A stretch of 56,379 bases of DNA from an uncultured Candidatus Saccharibacteria bacterium (GTDB taxonomy: Bacteria; Patescibacteriota; Minisyncoccia; Phycocordibacterales; UBA9973), in contig CAYWWG010000001.1 of the NCBI GenBank assembly GCA_964461985.1, positions 1 through 56,379 on the forward strand. The letters are read 5' to 3'. Positions within the stretch are counted from its first letter, which is position 1. Each line of letters starts with the position of its first letter. Below the pieces are notes generated by a model. It saw only the letters and a list, made by a program, of their open reading frames with translations. It was not told where the DNA came from and did no database searches. Positions 28,682 through 38,126 of the stretch are shown here, piece by piece. The position numbers and the translations under genes are program-made.

Positions 28682-29801
28682 AAATAAAAAAATTAAAGTT
28701 TTTGTTGGTATGTCTGGCGGTGTAGACAGTTCTGTTTCCGCAGCATTACTTATAGATGCAGGTTACGATGTAACTGGTGTATTTATACGTACATGGCAAC
28801 CTGACTTTATACAATGTACTTGGCGTGACGAACGTCGCGACGCCATGCGTGTGTGTGCACACTTAGGTATACCATTTTTAGAATGCGATGCTGAGAATGC
28901 TTACCGCGACAGCGTAGCAATGTATATGATAGAAGAATATCGTTTAGGTCGTGTGCCGAACCCAGATGTGATGTGTAACAGGGAAGTAAAGTTTGGTGTA
29001 TTTTGGGACTTTGCCAAGGCGCATGGTGCCGATTATATTGCTACTGGACACTACGCACGGGTATTACAGGGGCTGAGTCCCTTGGAATCCAGGGGTTCAG
29101 CCCCTGTAGACCAACTTTTGCGTGGTATAGACCATACTAAAGACCAAAGTTATTTTTTGTGGACACTAACTAAAGATGACCTAGCACATACAATTTTTCC
29201 AGTTGGACACTTACTTAAATCTGAAGTACGTAAATTGGCTGAAAAATATAACATTCCAGTAGCTACTAAAAAAGACAGCCAAGGTGTATGTTTTTTGGGT
29301 GAAATAGACATGAAGGAATTCCTACAGCATTACATAAAAACCGAAAATGGTAATGTATTAGATATAGATGGAAAAGTTATTGGTCATCACGATGGTGCAT
29401 TACTGTATACATTAGGCGAAAGGCATGGCTTTACTATCACTGAAAAAACTGACCACGACAGACGTTACTATGTAGTTGCTAAAGATATTCCAAATAACAC
29501 CATTACAGTTTCTGATATTCAAAATGAAACATTTGGACAGTCTACACATATACCTGTAATTCGTACTGTATGGCGTTCTGACATATCTAATAACAGACTA
29601 GATACAAACAGCAAACAACAAACACCTGATAGCTATACAGCTAACATACGTTACCATGGCGAAAATTTGCCTTGCAACATAGAAATAAAAAATGAATCCG
29701 AGGCCGTAATTGTGTTCGAAAAACCTGTCCTAGTTGCCCCTGGGCAGTCGATAGTTGTTTATAGTGGGGAAGTTTGTGTTGGAGGAGGTATCGTAGCATA
29801 A
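28671..29801 (+). CDS. mnmA: tRNA 2-thiouridine(34) synthase MnmA
   Basis: PP-loop GMSGGVDSSV, plus NPDVMCN, ATGHYAR and KDQSYFL motifs. Confidence 0.95.
   Translation: MQSRNKKIKVFVGMSGGVDSSVSAALLIDAGYDVTGVFIRTWQPDFIQCTWRDERRDAMRVCAHLGIPFLECDAENAYRDSVAMYMIEEYRLGRVPNPDVMCNREVKFGVFWDFAKAHGADYIATGHYARVLQGLSPLESRGSAPVDQLLRGIDHTKDQSYFLWTLTKDDLAHTIFPVGHLLKSEVRKLAEKYNIPVATKKDSQGVCFLGEIDMKEFLQHYIKTENGNVLDIDGKVIGHHDGALLYTLGERHGFTITEKTDHDRRYYVVAKDIPNNTITVSDIQNETFGQSTHIPVIRTVWRSDISNNRLDTNSKQQTPDSYTANIRYHGENLPCNIEIKNESEAVIVFEKPVLVAPGQSIVVYSGEVCVGGGIVA
29067..29106. repeat. GC-rich palindromic element inside the mnmA coding sequence
   Basis: caggggctga (29067-29076) is the exact reverse complement of tcagcccctg (29097-29106). 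The nested hairpin cagggg-ttcag-cccctg (29090-29106) matches the hairpin of the 36-nt repeat at 46980/47563. Confidence 0.7.
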
Positions 29802-29860
29802 ATTGTGATGTTTAAAATATTTTCTGTGATATAATTACTTTGTAATAATTTCGGTTATAT

Positions 29861-30016
29861 ATGGAAAAAAGCGAAATCGAAGAATTAAAAGAAAAGCAAG
29901 CTACATTTCGTAGTAAATTTCAAATTCTTAAAAATGCAAAACGTGATTTCTTGGCTTTATTCCGTAAAAAACTTGAAGAAAAGAAGATAGAAGAAATTCG
30001 TAAACAAACAACATAA
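29861..30016 (+). CDS. possible small coiled-coil protein (51 aa)
   Basis: ATG ORF MEKSEIEELKEKQATFRSKF... lying 13 nt upstream of the 648-aa gene. An extended -10 (tgtgatataat) is at ~29825-29835. Confidence 0.35.
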   Translation: MEKSEIEELKEKQATFRSKFQILKNAKRDFLALFRKKLEEKKIEEIRKQTT

Positions 30017-30029
30017 CTTAACCAAAACA

Positions 30030-31976
30030 ATGGGTATTGAAGTAAAAAATTCTGTTCAAGAAACTATTAAAAATCTTGAAAGCCAAGAACAAACACCTGA
30101 AACAGTGGAGTCTGTTCGTGCATTAAAGGAGGCTTTTAATACTGAGGTGACACAAAGCATAGCAGAATTCAAAAACGGAGATGGAGAGGTTGAGAAGATT
30201 GAACAATCCGTAAAACTTAATAATCCTGAAGTAATAAGAGAAATTGAAGGTGAATTAAAGGTGCAAGAAACCTTGCAAAATTTTGATATTGAGGCTGAAA
30301 AATTACAAGAAAATACATTAGATGATAAAAAAGATAAAGTTAATCCAGTAGAAATTGATTGGGGTAATGTTGATATATACAACAACTCACCAGCTGTATG
30401 GGATACAGGTTTTTTAGATAAAGAAAACCTGTCTGAAGAAGAAAATCTATTCAGGTATTGTAATGTGAAAATTACTAACCTGTTTTCTAATTTAAGAATG
30501 ACTGGATTTGTTGAGACAAACAAAGACATTACACCCGACGAGCAAAATAATTTAAGGAAAGAATTTCTTAATAAAAATATCAAAGAAATTGATTTTAATT
30601 TGATCGGCAGTGCATTAGGTTCTGAATATAAATATACTTTTTTCGAAAAAATAAATGAATTATATGAACAATTAGATAACAACGATTACAACGATCAAAT
30701 GAAGAGGGAAAGACTTTCTGTTAAAGAATACTTGAGTAGTGGTATAGCAAAAATTATTAAAAATGATCCTGAAATGCTTTCTATGCAAGAATTTTTTAAT
30801 GATTCAAAAAATAACGATATATTCGATGAAAAAAGTTATAGTGTTACTTTTAAAAATAGAGAATACAGATCAGACCATGTATTAGAGGGTGTTTTCGGAC
30901 TTTATAATGCAGTTGAAAATAAGCTCGAGAATAATCCAGAAAGCAAAGAAATAATGGATAAAAACCTAGAATTTGCTGATGTTGACTATGCTATTGAATA
31001 TCAATATGAAAATAAAAATAAAATTAACTATATCGGAAGTTTTGCGAAAGAAGTAGTAAAACAAAACTTTAATAAAATTGCAAACGAAAAACTATTGAGT
31101 GGAAATGAAAATTCTGCTCGTAAAATATTAGAATCAAAATTTGATTTTATTAAAAACAACGCAGAAATGATTGCAAAAAATAAAATTGAAGATGACTTTA
31201 AAATACCTGATTTTAACATTGATGCATGGCGTGGAAAGTACGGTATAAAATTTAATGAGAATCTGGAAACAATGAAAAAAATTGAAAATATTGGTCCAGG
31301 ATCTGTTAAAAAATTATACGACGACTATGGAATAATGGAATTCCATCGTTATCCTGCAGAAGTTTTAATTTCTCAAGTAGAAGAAGAAAACACACAACAA
31401 CCATACGGCGTAATTGTATTTCCGCGTTCAGACCACAATGACGCTTTTGATGAAAAAAAGTATATATTTAACAAACTATATTCTGAAACTCGAGGTAAAT
31501 ATGGGATTAAAATAGCAGAATGTGAATCTAAAACTGATTTAGCGCGTAAGTTTATTACATTAGACAAAAAATATGGTGAAAAAAATAAAATAGCTTTTCT
31601 GCTTATGGGCGGTCATGGCTCTGGTGACGGTTTAAATCTAGGAGAATACAGGACGCGTGAAGAAGCTGAAGGCGAAGAACTGAGCCTAAAGGCTATTTTC
31701 AAAGTTGAATCAGGAAGTCCGGGTTTCAAAAAAGCAAATGAAAAATACTTAGATAAAGATGCAGAAATTGTGCTACTTTCTTGTAGTGCAGGTATAGTAG
31801 ATGGTATTGCAGATAAGTTCTCTTCTTCGTATGATAAGAAAATAATGGCGCCGGTGATACCAGTTTCAAAATTAGATCTTGATATAAATTACGATGTAAA
31901 TGGAAAGCCACACTTTAAAGCTATTTACGATCAAAATGAAGCAATTTCCGCTACGTTTGGTGAGAGGAAACTATAG
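30030..31976 (+). CDS. large acidic hypothetical protein with a C-terminal clan-CD cysteine-protease-like (His...Cys) module
   Basis: Alternating beta/alpha pattern from ~aa 455: YGVIVFPR ... IAFLLMGGHGSGDG (His529, codon 31614-31616) ... EIVLLSCSAGI (Cys585, codon 31782-31784). No signal peptide. Confidence 0.8.
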   Translation: MGIEVKNSVQETIKNLESQEQTPETVESVRALKEAFNTEVTQSIAEFKNGDGEVEKIEQSVKLNNPEVIREIEGELKVQETLQNFDIEAEKLQENTLDDKKDKVNPVEIDWGNVDIYNNSPAVWDTGFLDKENLSEEENLFRYCNVKITNLFSNLRMTGFVETNKDITPDEQNNLRKEFLNKNIKEIDFNLIGSALGSEYKYTFFEKINELYEQLDNNDYNDQMKRERLSVKEYLSSGIAKIIKNDPEMLSMQEFFNDSKNNDIFDEKSYSVTFKNREYRSDHVLEGVFGLYNAVENKLENNPESKEIMDKNLEFADVDYAIEYQYENKNKINYIGSFAKEVVKQNFNKIANEKLLSGNENSARKILESKFDFIKNNAEMIAKNKIEDDFKIPDFNIDAWRGKYGIKFNENLETMKKIENIGPGSVKKLYDDYGIMEFHRYPAEVLISQVEEENTQQPYGVIVFPRSDHNDAFDEKKYIFNKLYSETRGKYGIKIAECESKTDLARKFITLDKKYGEKNKIAFLLMGGHGSGDGLNLGEYRTREEAEGEELSLKAIFKVESGSPGFKKANEKYLDKDAEIVLLSCSAGIVDGIADKFSSSYDKKIMAPVIPVSKLDLDINYDVNGKPHFKAIYDQNEAISATFGERKL

Positions 31977-32019
31977 AATAATAACTTGGAACAATTTCCT
32001 GGTGTGCTATAATTACCAC

Positions 32020-32481
32020 ATGGAAAATTTTTTTGATGTCACAACGCTTTTAGTTATCAGTAAATTAGGCTTAGCTGTAATATTAGGCACTATTGTTGGT
32101 GTTGAACGACACTTAGCACACAAAACTGCAGGTATGCGTACTTATGCCATGGCTTCTATGGGATCAGCGTTGTTTATTGTTATATCTACAGTTGTTGCTA
32201 GTCAGTACCACGGTGTAACAAACTTTGATCCACTTCGTTTGGCTGCCCAAGTAGTCTCTGCTGCCGGTTTCCTTTGTGCCGGTTTAATTGTTATCCGCGA
32301 AAGCGATGTGTCTGGACTAACTTCATCTGCGGGGTTGTGGGTATCTATCGGTATAGGTATGGCTTGTGGGTTTGGTTTGTTCCGTATAGCCATAATCGCA
32401 ACAATATTTACACTATTTATTCTTATTGCATTACATATTGTCGAAAAATACGTTAAACCCTACTCGACACCTAAAGACTAA
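32020..32481 (+). CDS. mgtC: MgtC/SapB family membrane protein
   Basis: LAVILGTIVGVERHLAHKTAGMRTYAMASMGSALF signature. The start is at MENFFD, 6 nt after tataat (32008-32013). Confidence 0.85.
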   Translation: MENFFDVTTLLVISKLGLAVILGTIVGVERHLAHKTAGMRTYAMASMGSALFIVISTVVASQYHGVTNFDPLRLAAQVVSAAGFLCAGLIVIRESDVSGLTSSAGLWVSIGIGMACGFGLFRIAIIATIFTLFILIALHIVEKYVKPYSTPKD

Positions 32482-32514
32482 ATTTATAAACTAAAAGTTA
32501 CCTATTTAAAAACT

Positions 32515-34290
32515 ATGAAAAATAAATCTAAACTAAAAACAGAATGGGACTTAACATTGCTTTATAAAAATATCTCTGATCCTCAAATAGACGCTGACGT
32601 ACAATCTATAGAAAAAGCCTGTACTAGTTTTAGCAAAAAATATAGTAAAAATAATAACTACACTACAGATAAAACTTTGTTACTAAAGGCTTTAAAAGAC
32701 TATGAAAACACTTTGACTATTGTTGGATCATCTAAACCGTACATGTATCTGGCTTTTATTAGAGACATAGATGCTACTAATACAACAGCTGAATCTAAGC
32801 GTAATCTAGTTTTACAAAATATTACTAAATCCATGAACAACATGGTATTTTTTCCATTACAATTAGGTAAAATACCTTTATCTCTGCAAAAAGAAATATT
32901 AAATGATTCAAACTTTAAACCTTACCATTATTTCTTAAAAGATTTATGGAGAAAGTCTTCACATCAACTATCAGAAGAAGTAGAGAAAGTTTTAGCCTTA
33001 AAATCCACACCAGCACATCAAATGTGGGTTGATGGTCAGTTAAAATATTTAAATTCTCAAACTGTTTTATACAATAAAAAACAAATTCCCATAACAAAAG
33101 CATCAGAAATTGTTCATGAATTACCCAAAAAGGAAAGAATTAAGTTGCACAAAGCAGTTACCGAAAAACTAAAATCAGTTAGTCATTTTGCTGAAGCTGA
33201 GTTAAATGCAATAGTTGCTGATAAAAAAATTAGCGACGATCTGCGCGGTTTTAGTAAACCATACAGCGCAACAGTTCTAGAATATCAGAACGACGAAAAA
33301 ACAGTCGAAGCATTAGTTAAAGCTGTAACAGACAACTTTCATATTAGCCAACGTTTTTATAAACTCAAAGCAAAAATACTTGGATATAAAACACTTGATT
33401 TTACCGATATTGCAGCTCGTAGTGGCAAGATTTCTAAAATTTTTAGTTACGAACAATCTGTGGATATTATTAAAAAATCTTTTGCAAAAGTAGACCCTTA
33501 TTATGAAAAAGTCTTCAACGACTTCCTTGAGCAAGGTCGCATAGATGTATATTCAAAACAAGGTAAACTTGTAGGTGGATACTGTTGGGGTGGTATAAAT
33601 GTTCCAACATACATACTTTTAAACTGGTCTGATTCACTTAACTCCATTAAAACCTTAGGGCATGAAATGGGTCACGCAATTCACGGTGAGCTATCTAAGA
33701 CACAACCTATACTATACAAAGGACATACTATTGCCGTTGCTGAAGTTGCAAGTACACTTTTTGAGAATTTTGTTTTCGATGAAATATTTCCTACACTTTC
33801 TAAAAAAGAAAAAATGGTCGCTCTGTTTGAAAAACTACAAAATAGTATTTCAATTATATTTAGACAGATTGCATTGTTTAATTTTGAAAAAGATTTACAT
33901 ACAACAATAAATGAAAAGGGTTCTATGAATAAAGACGAAATGGCCGAACTAATGAACAAACACCTTACTTCATACATTGGTCCAATATGTAAATTAACAA
34001 AAGATGACGGATTTTTGTTTGTCCGTTGGCCACATATACGTTATTTCTTTTATGTGTATTCCTACGCTCATGGCGAGATAGTCAGCACTGCACTATATAA
34101 CAAATACAAACAAGATCCTACATATATAGAAAAAATTAACCAATTTATGAAAGCAGGAGAGAGCGACACCCCGGAAAATATATTTAAATCAATAGGTATA
34201 GATACAACAAAACCAGAATTCTTTGTCGAAGCTTTAAAATCTATCGAGCAAGACATTATAGAACTAGAAAAATTAGTAGGTAAAGAATAA
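32515..34290 (+). CDS. pepF: oligoendopeptidase F (peptidase M3B)
   Basis: LGHEMGHAIHG zinc motif and ~590-aa length with M3B-type organisation. Confidence 0.9.
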   Translation: MKNKSKLKTEWDLTLLYKNISDPQIDADVQSIEKACTSFSKKYSKNNNYTTDKTLLLKALKDYENTLTIVGSSKPYMYLAFIRDIDATNTTAESKRNLVLQNITKSMNNMVFFPLQLGKIPLSLQKEILNDSNFKPYHYFLKDLWRKSSHQLSEEVEKVLALKSTPAHQMWVDGQLKYLNSQTVLYNKKQIPITKASEIVHELPKKERIKLHKAVTEKLKSVSHFAEAELNAIVADKKISDDLRGFSKPYSATVLEYQNDEKTVEALVKAVTDNFHISQRFYKLKAKILGYKTLDFTDIAARSGKISKIFSYEQSVDIIKKSFAKVDPYYEKVFNDFLEQGRIDVYSKQGKLVGGYCWGGINVPTYILLNWSDSLNSIKTLGHEMGHAIHGELSKTQPILYKGHTIAVAEVASTLFENFVFDEIFPTLSKKEKMVALFEKLQNSISIIFRQIALFNFEKDLHTTINEKGSMNKDEMAELMNKHLTSYIGPICKLTKDDGFLFVRWPHIRYFFYVYSYAHGEIVSTALYNKYKQDPTYIEKINQFMKAGESDTPENIFKSIGIDTTKPEFFVEALKSIEQDIIELEKLVGKE

Positions 34291-34368
34291 CCCCGACGTA
34301 TACGTCGGGGTCCCGACCGAGTGTCGAGATGTGTTTCTTGTTATCATTTATGTTATACTATATACATT

Positions 34369-35568
34369 ATGGGATTTAGTTTTGGTTTAAAATCAAACAC
34401 CGTTGCAATTTTTGACATTGGGTCTGGTAGTGTTGGAGTTTGCTTAGCTAAAATTTCAACTAGTGCAGACGGGGATAGTAAACCCACTATACTTTTTTCC
34501 AAACGCGTATACATGAAAGTCGAAGACGAACTTAACTTTCCGTTGTTTCTAGATACAATGTTAAAAACAGTTTCTGAGGCTAGTGCACTATTGGTTAGTT
34601 CAGGTCTACCTGTACCACAGTCGGTGCACTGTTTTTTACACACACCATGGTATGTGTCACATAGTAGAACTGTTCATACTGAAAAAAATGTTCCATTTAC
34701 AATTACTAATGCATTTATACAACAAACAATACAGACTGAAATAGAACTTTTCCAAAAGACTGAATTTATCAACTACCGTCCATACCACGAAATGAACATA
34801 ATAGAACAATATGCTACTAGTTCACGAATAAATGGTTACCAAATAGAAAACCCTATAGGCAAAAAAGGTTCAACTTTTGATGTGTCTATATTTATTTCAT
34901 TAACACCCCAAAAGATTATAAACGACATCAAGTTGGCAATTGAAAAAAACATTAATTTAGCTGATAGAAATATACATTTTCATTCTAATATTTGTGCAAC
35001 ATACGGGTTAATACGCGACATGTTTATCGACCTACCAAACTATCTACTAATAGATGTTGGTGGAGAAATAACCGATATAGCGGTTATTAAAGACAATGTT
35101 TTACTACATGCTGCGTCTTTTCCTTCAGGTCAGAACACATTAATCCGATCATTAATGCAAGGATATTCCTATACTCAAGCTGAAGCGTTTGCTTTACTTC
35201 GTAGTGTCTTAAACGGGCAAGCAGACTCTAGTACAACTGCGCGAGTCGAAGAAATTGTTGCTCCAGTTCGTAATGAATGGCTGAAAGATTTTCAAGGTCT
35301 ACTAGTAAAACTATCAAACAATGTGTCACTTCCACATAACATTTTTCTAGTAAGTGAAAGTGATTTAACTCTATGGTATACAGACTGCATAAAACGTGAA
35401 GAATTTAGCCAATACATGCTTACTGAAAAAAAGTTTTCAGTAACAGCTTTTGCTGCACCTTCAATATACGAATACTGTTCTTTTGCACCTAATGTTACAG
35501 ACCACGACTATGCATTGATAGTCTACACATTAACTATTAATAAAATCCACCCCATCATAATGTCATGA
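34369..35568 (+). CDS. actin-fold ATPase-like protein (PilM/FtsA-like, divergent)
   Basis: Phosphate-1-like VAIFDIGSGSVGV and phosphate-2-like LLIDVGGEITDIAVI. The start is at MGFSFG, 9 nt after tatact (34354-34359). Confidence 0.7.
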   Translation: MGFSFGLKSNTVAIFDIGSGSVGVCLAKISTSADGDSKPTILFSKRVYMKVEDELNFPLFLDTMLKTVSEASALLVSSGLPVPQSVHCFLHTPWYVSHSRTVHTEKNVPFTITNAFIQQTIQTEIELFQKTEFINYRPYHEMNIIEQYATSSRINGYQIENPIGKKGSTFDVSIFISLTPQKIINDIKLAIEKNINLADRNIHFHSNICATYGLIRDMFIDLPNYLLIDVGGEITDIAVIKDNVLLHAASFPSGQNTLIRSLMQGYSYTQAEAFALLRSVLNGQADSSTTARVEEIVAPVRNEWLKDFQGLLVKLSNNVSLPHNIFLVSESDLTLWYTDCIKREEFSQYMLTEKKFSVTAFAAPSIYEYCSFAPNVTDHDYALIVYTLTINKIHPIIMS

Positions 35569-36845
35569 TAATCAGCGATATTGTTACAACTAAAAAAAAT
35601 TCCGCTGAAGAAAAAAAGGTTATAATTGAAGCTTTAGGTAAATCGACAACAAGTAAACCATATCGACCCCTAGAAAAAGATATTTTTGACGAAAGGCGGC
35701 ATAATAAAAAAACTATTTGGCTATGGCTTTTCTTTATGGTAACGATTATAGCTGGTGGTGTATATTTATGGCATATGTATGCCAAAGCAACTGTAACTAT
35801 TCGAACAAAACAAGTGCCTTATGCTTTTACAAATACACCTTTCACGGCAACACGTAGTAGTGGTAACAACGAAACTGACGGTACACCTTTTGAGGTTATG
35901 GTTATCGAGGATGTATATAAGCAAACCATAACCTATGGAACTAAAAATCTTACTACAAAAAAATCTCGTGGTTCGATATTAGTCCAAAACAACGCAAACC
36001 CTAAAAAAATAACTCTGAAAAAGGGTAGTGTTTCTGTTGGGTCCAACGGAATGCGTTATGTAGTTTTAAATGGTGCAACCATACCAGGGTATACTAAAAA
36101 AGGCACAATTATAATTCCAGGATCTACCGAAGTAGTAATAGAAGCTGAAAAAAATGGGGTGGAATATGACACAACGAGTTCAACTTTTACCTTCCCGAAC
36201 TATACAAGCAAATCTAATTTACTTACAGCAAAAACACTGGGTTTAGGTATTGTCGGTGGTGCAAATGGAAATATGTATACTATGACAGATGACGAAGTAA
36301 ATACTATTACCAAAGACATTCAGGAGTCTGCTAAAAATAAAATTTTTATAAAAGCTAATGCAGAGATTCCTCCTGGATATCGTATATATAAAAACGCAGT
36401 AGTTTACAAAGCTGACCCTATTATTAACATCAAAGAAAGTCCAACTGCTGTACGCGACATTTCACAGAACACCACACTAACGGCATACTTATTCCGCGAC
36501 CGTGACATTGAAAAATACATTTTTACTCACAGTGAACATTCTTTGCAAGAACCATCATACAGTGTGTCAGGTATAGAACAGTCAGATATTGTGCTTACAA
36601 CTACACCAACTGACCCTAAAAACACTACGACATTGTCCTTGCAATTTACTGGAAACGGTATTATTACCTGGTCAGTTGATTTAAAGGAACTTCAGAAGGC
36701 ACTTTCCGGTGTACGAAAAGATTCTGTAGACACTATATTTTCTGGGTTTAAAACCATTGATTCTGCAACAGTTACCACAAACCCTTGGTTCGAAAGAAAT
36801 TTACCATTAGACCTCAAGCGTATTCGTATGGACATACAAAACTAA
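35565..36845 (+). CDS. hypothetical single-pass membrane protein with a large beta-rich ectodomain (426 aa)
   Basis: 4-nt ATGA overlap with the upstream ATPase-like gene. The TM is TIWLWLFFMVTIIAGGVYLW. Confidence 0.75.
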   Translation: MIISDIVTTKKNSAEEKKVIIEALGKSTTSKPYRPLEKDIFDERRHNKKTIWLWLFFMVTIIAGGVYLWHMYAKATVTIRTKQVPYAFTNTPFTATRSSGNNETDGTPFEVMVIEDVYKQTITYGTKNLTTKKSRGSILVQNNANPKKITLKKGSVSVGSNGMRYVVLNGATIPGYTKKGTIIIPGSTEVVIEAEKNGVEYDTTSSTFTFPNYTSKSNLLTAKTLGLGIVGGANGNMYTMTDDEVNTITKDIQESAKNKIFIKANAEIPPGYRIYKNAVVYKADPIINIKESPTAVRDISQNTTLTAYLFRDRDIEKYIFTHSEHSLQEPSYSVSGIEQSDIVLTTTPTDPKNTTTLSLQFTGNGIITWSVDLKELQKALSGVRKDSVDTIFSGFKTIDSATVTTNPWFERNLPLDLKRIRMDIQN

Positions 36846-36869
36846 TACGTGTATACTATATCTACATAC

Positions 36870-37079
36870 ATGAGTAATTCAAAAGAAGAAACCGTAAAAG
36901 GAATTGTAATAGAAGCACTACCAAACACAATGTTTCGTGTGGACGTTAACGGTACCATCATTACTGCATACCTTGCTGGTAAAATGCGTTTTAACCGTAT
37001 CAAGGTTATGGTGGGCGATAATGTCGAAATGCTGTTAGACCCATATGGGGGTAAGGCAAGGGTTGTCAAAAGATTATAA
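36870..37079 (+). CDS. infA: translation initiation factor IF-1
   Basis: VKGIVIEALPNTMFRVDV...AYLAGKMR...IKVMVGDNVEM S1-fold signature. Confidence 0.93.
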   Translation: MSNSKEETVKGIVIEALPNTMFRVDVNGTIITAYLAGKMRFNRIKVMVGDNVEMLLDPYGGKARVVKRL

Positions 37080-37192
37080 ATAGTATATACTAGGCCATAC
37101 AAGTTTAAGGCCAATTTTTGCCTTTTTCCTGGCAACAGTGTAATTCGAAAATACTGTTGTAAATTAAGGCAAAACTTTAAATAAGTCAAAAT

Positions 37193-37303
37193 ATGAAAAT
37201 AAAAGCATCAGTTAAAAAAATATGTGAGAAGTGCAAAATGGTCAAACGTGCAGGCCATTTGCATATTATTTGTTCGAACCCTAAACATAAACAAAAACAA
37301 TAA
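37193..37303 (+). CDS. rpmJ: 50S ribosomal protein L36
   Basis: 36-aa [39 protein letters not shown], below the ORF-track length cut-off. Confidence 0.9.
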   Translation: MKIKASVKKICEKCKMVKRAGHLHIICSNPKHKQKQ

Positions 37304-37309
37304 AAATAT

Positions 37310-37690
37310 ATGCGTATAGTCGGTATAACAATCCCAAATGAAAAGCGTTTAGAGTACGCACTAACTGCCGTATACGGCATTGGTATGGCTCGTTCTCGCA
37401 AAATTCTTGACCAAGTTGGCATAGATCGCGGTATCAAAGCTTCTGATCTTACTATTGAGCAAGAAAACCAAATTCGTGCCCTAGTAGAAGGTCATAAGAT
37501 TGAAGGTAACTTAAAACGTGAAGTTGCATCAAACATTAAACGCCTAAAAGACATTAAAGCTTACCGTGGTACTCGCCACATGAAGAAGTTACCTGCTCGA
37601 GGACAGCGAACTAAAACAAACTCTAGAACAATCCGTGGTAATGTTCGTAAAACAATGTCAAGTGGTAAGCGTAAGACTGAAAAAACATAA
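37310..37690 (+). CDS. rpsM: 30S ribosomal protein S13
   Basis: MRIVGITIPNEKRLEYALTAVYGIG... and position in the alpha operon. Confidence 0.97.
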   Translation: MRIVGITIPNEKRLEYALTAVYGIGMARSRKILDQVGIDRGIKASDLTIEQENQIRALVEGHKIEGNLKREVASNIKRLKDIKAYRGTRHMKKLPARGQRTKTNSRTIRGNVRKTMSSGKRKTEKT

Positions 37691-37701
37691 GATAAAAATA
37701 T

Positions 37702-38109
37702 ATGGCAACTAATACTAAAACAAAAAAAGATACTGGACGAGTTAGTAAGGCTCCTAAAAAGAAAATTGCTGAAGGTACACTTCATGTGGAAGCTACTTTT
37801 AACAACACCAAAGCTGTTGTTACTGACAAAAACGGTAATGCAATATTTGCAGCATCAGCAGGGGCGCTTGGTTTCCGTGGTGCTAAAAAAGGAACACCTT
37901 TCGCTGCATCAAAAGTAGGGGAAACTCTTGGTGAAAAGTCAAAGGCTCTTGGTATCAAGAGTGTAGACGCTGTAGTTAAGGGTGTTGGTTCAGGACGTGA
38001 ACCTACTATTCGTGCATTTATGGCATACGATATCGAAATAACCGGTATTCGTGATATCACTCCTGTTCCACACAATGGACCAAAACCTAAAAAGCCTCGC
38101 CGCGTATAA
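37702..38109 (+). CDS. rpsK: 30S ribosomal protein S11
   Basis: HVEATFNNTKAVVTDKNGN...GFRGAKKGTPFAA...VKGVGSGRE. Confidence 0.97.
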   Translation: MATNTKTKKDTGRVSKAPKKKIAEGTLHVEATFNNTKAVVTDKNGNAIFAASAGALGFRGAKKGTPFAASKVGETLGEKSKALGIKSVDAVVKGVGSGREPTIRAFMAYDIEITGIRDITPVPHNGPKPKKPRRV

Positions 38110-38126
38110 AAATATAATTAATTGAT

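Noticed and set aside
36842-37437. Minus-strand ORFs opposite infA, rpmJ and the rpsM start
   Set aside because: They are antisense to universally conserved translation genes in a co-directional operon.
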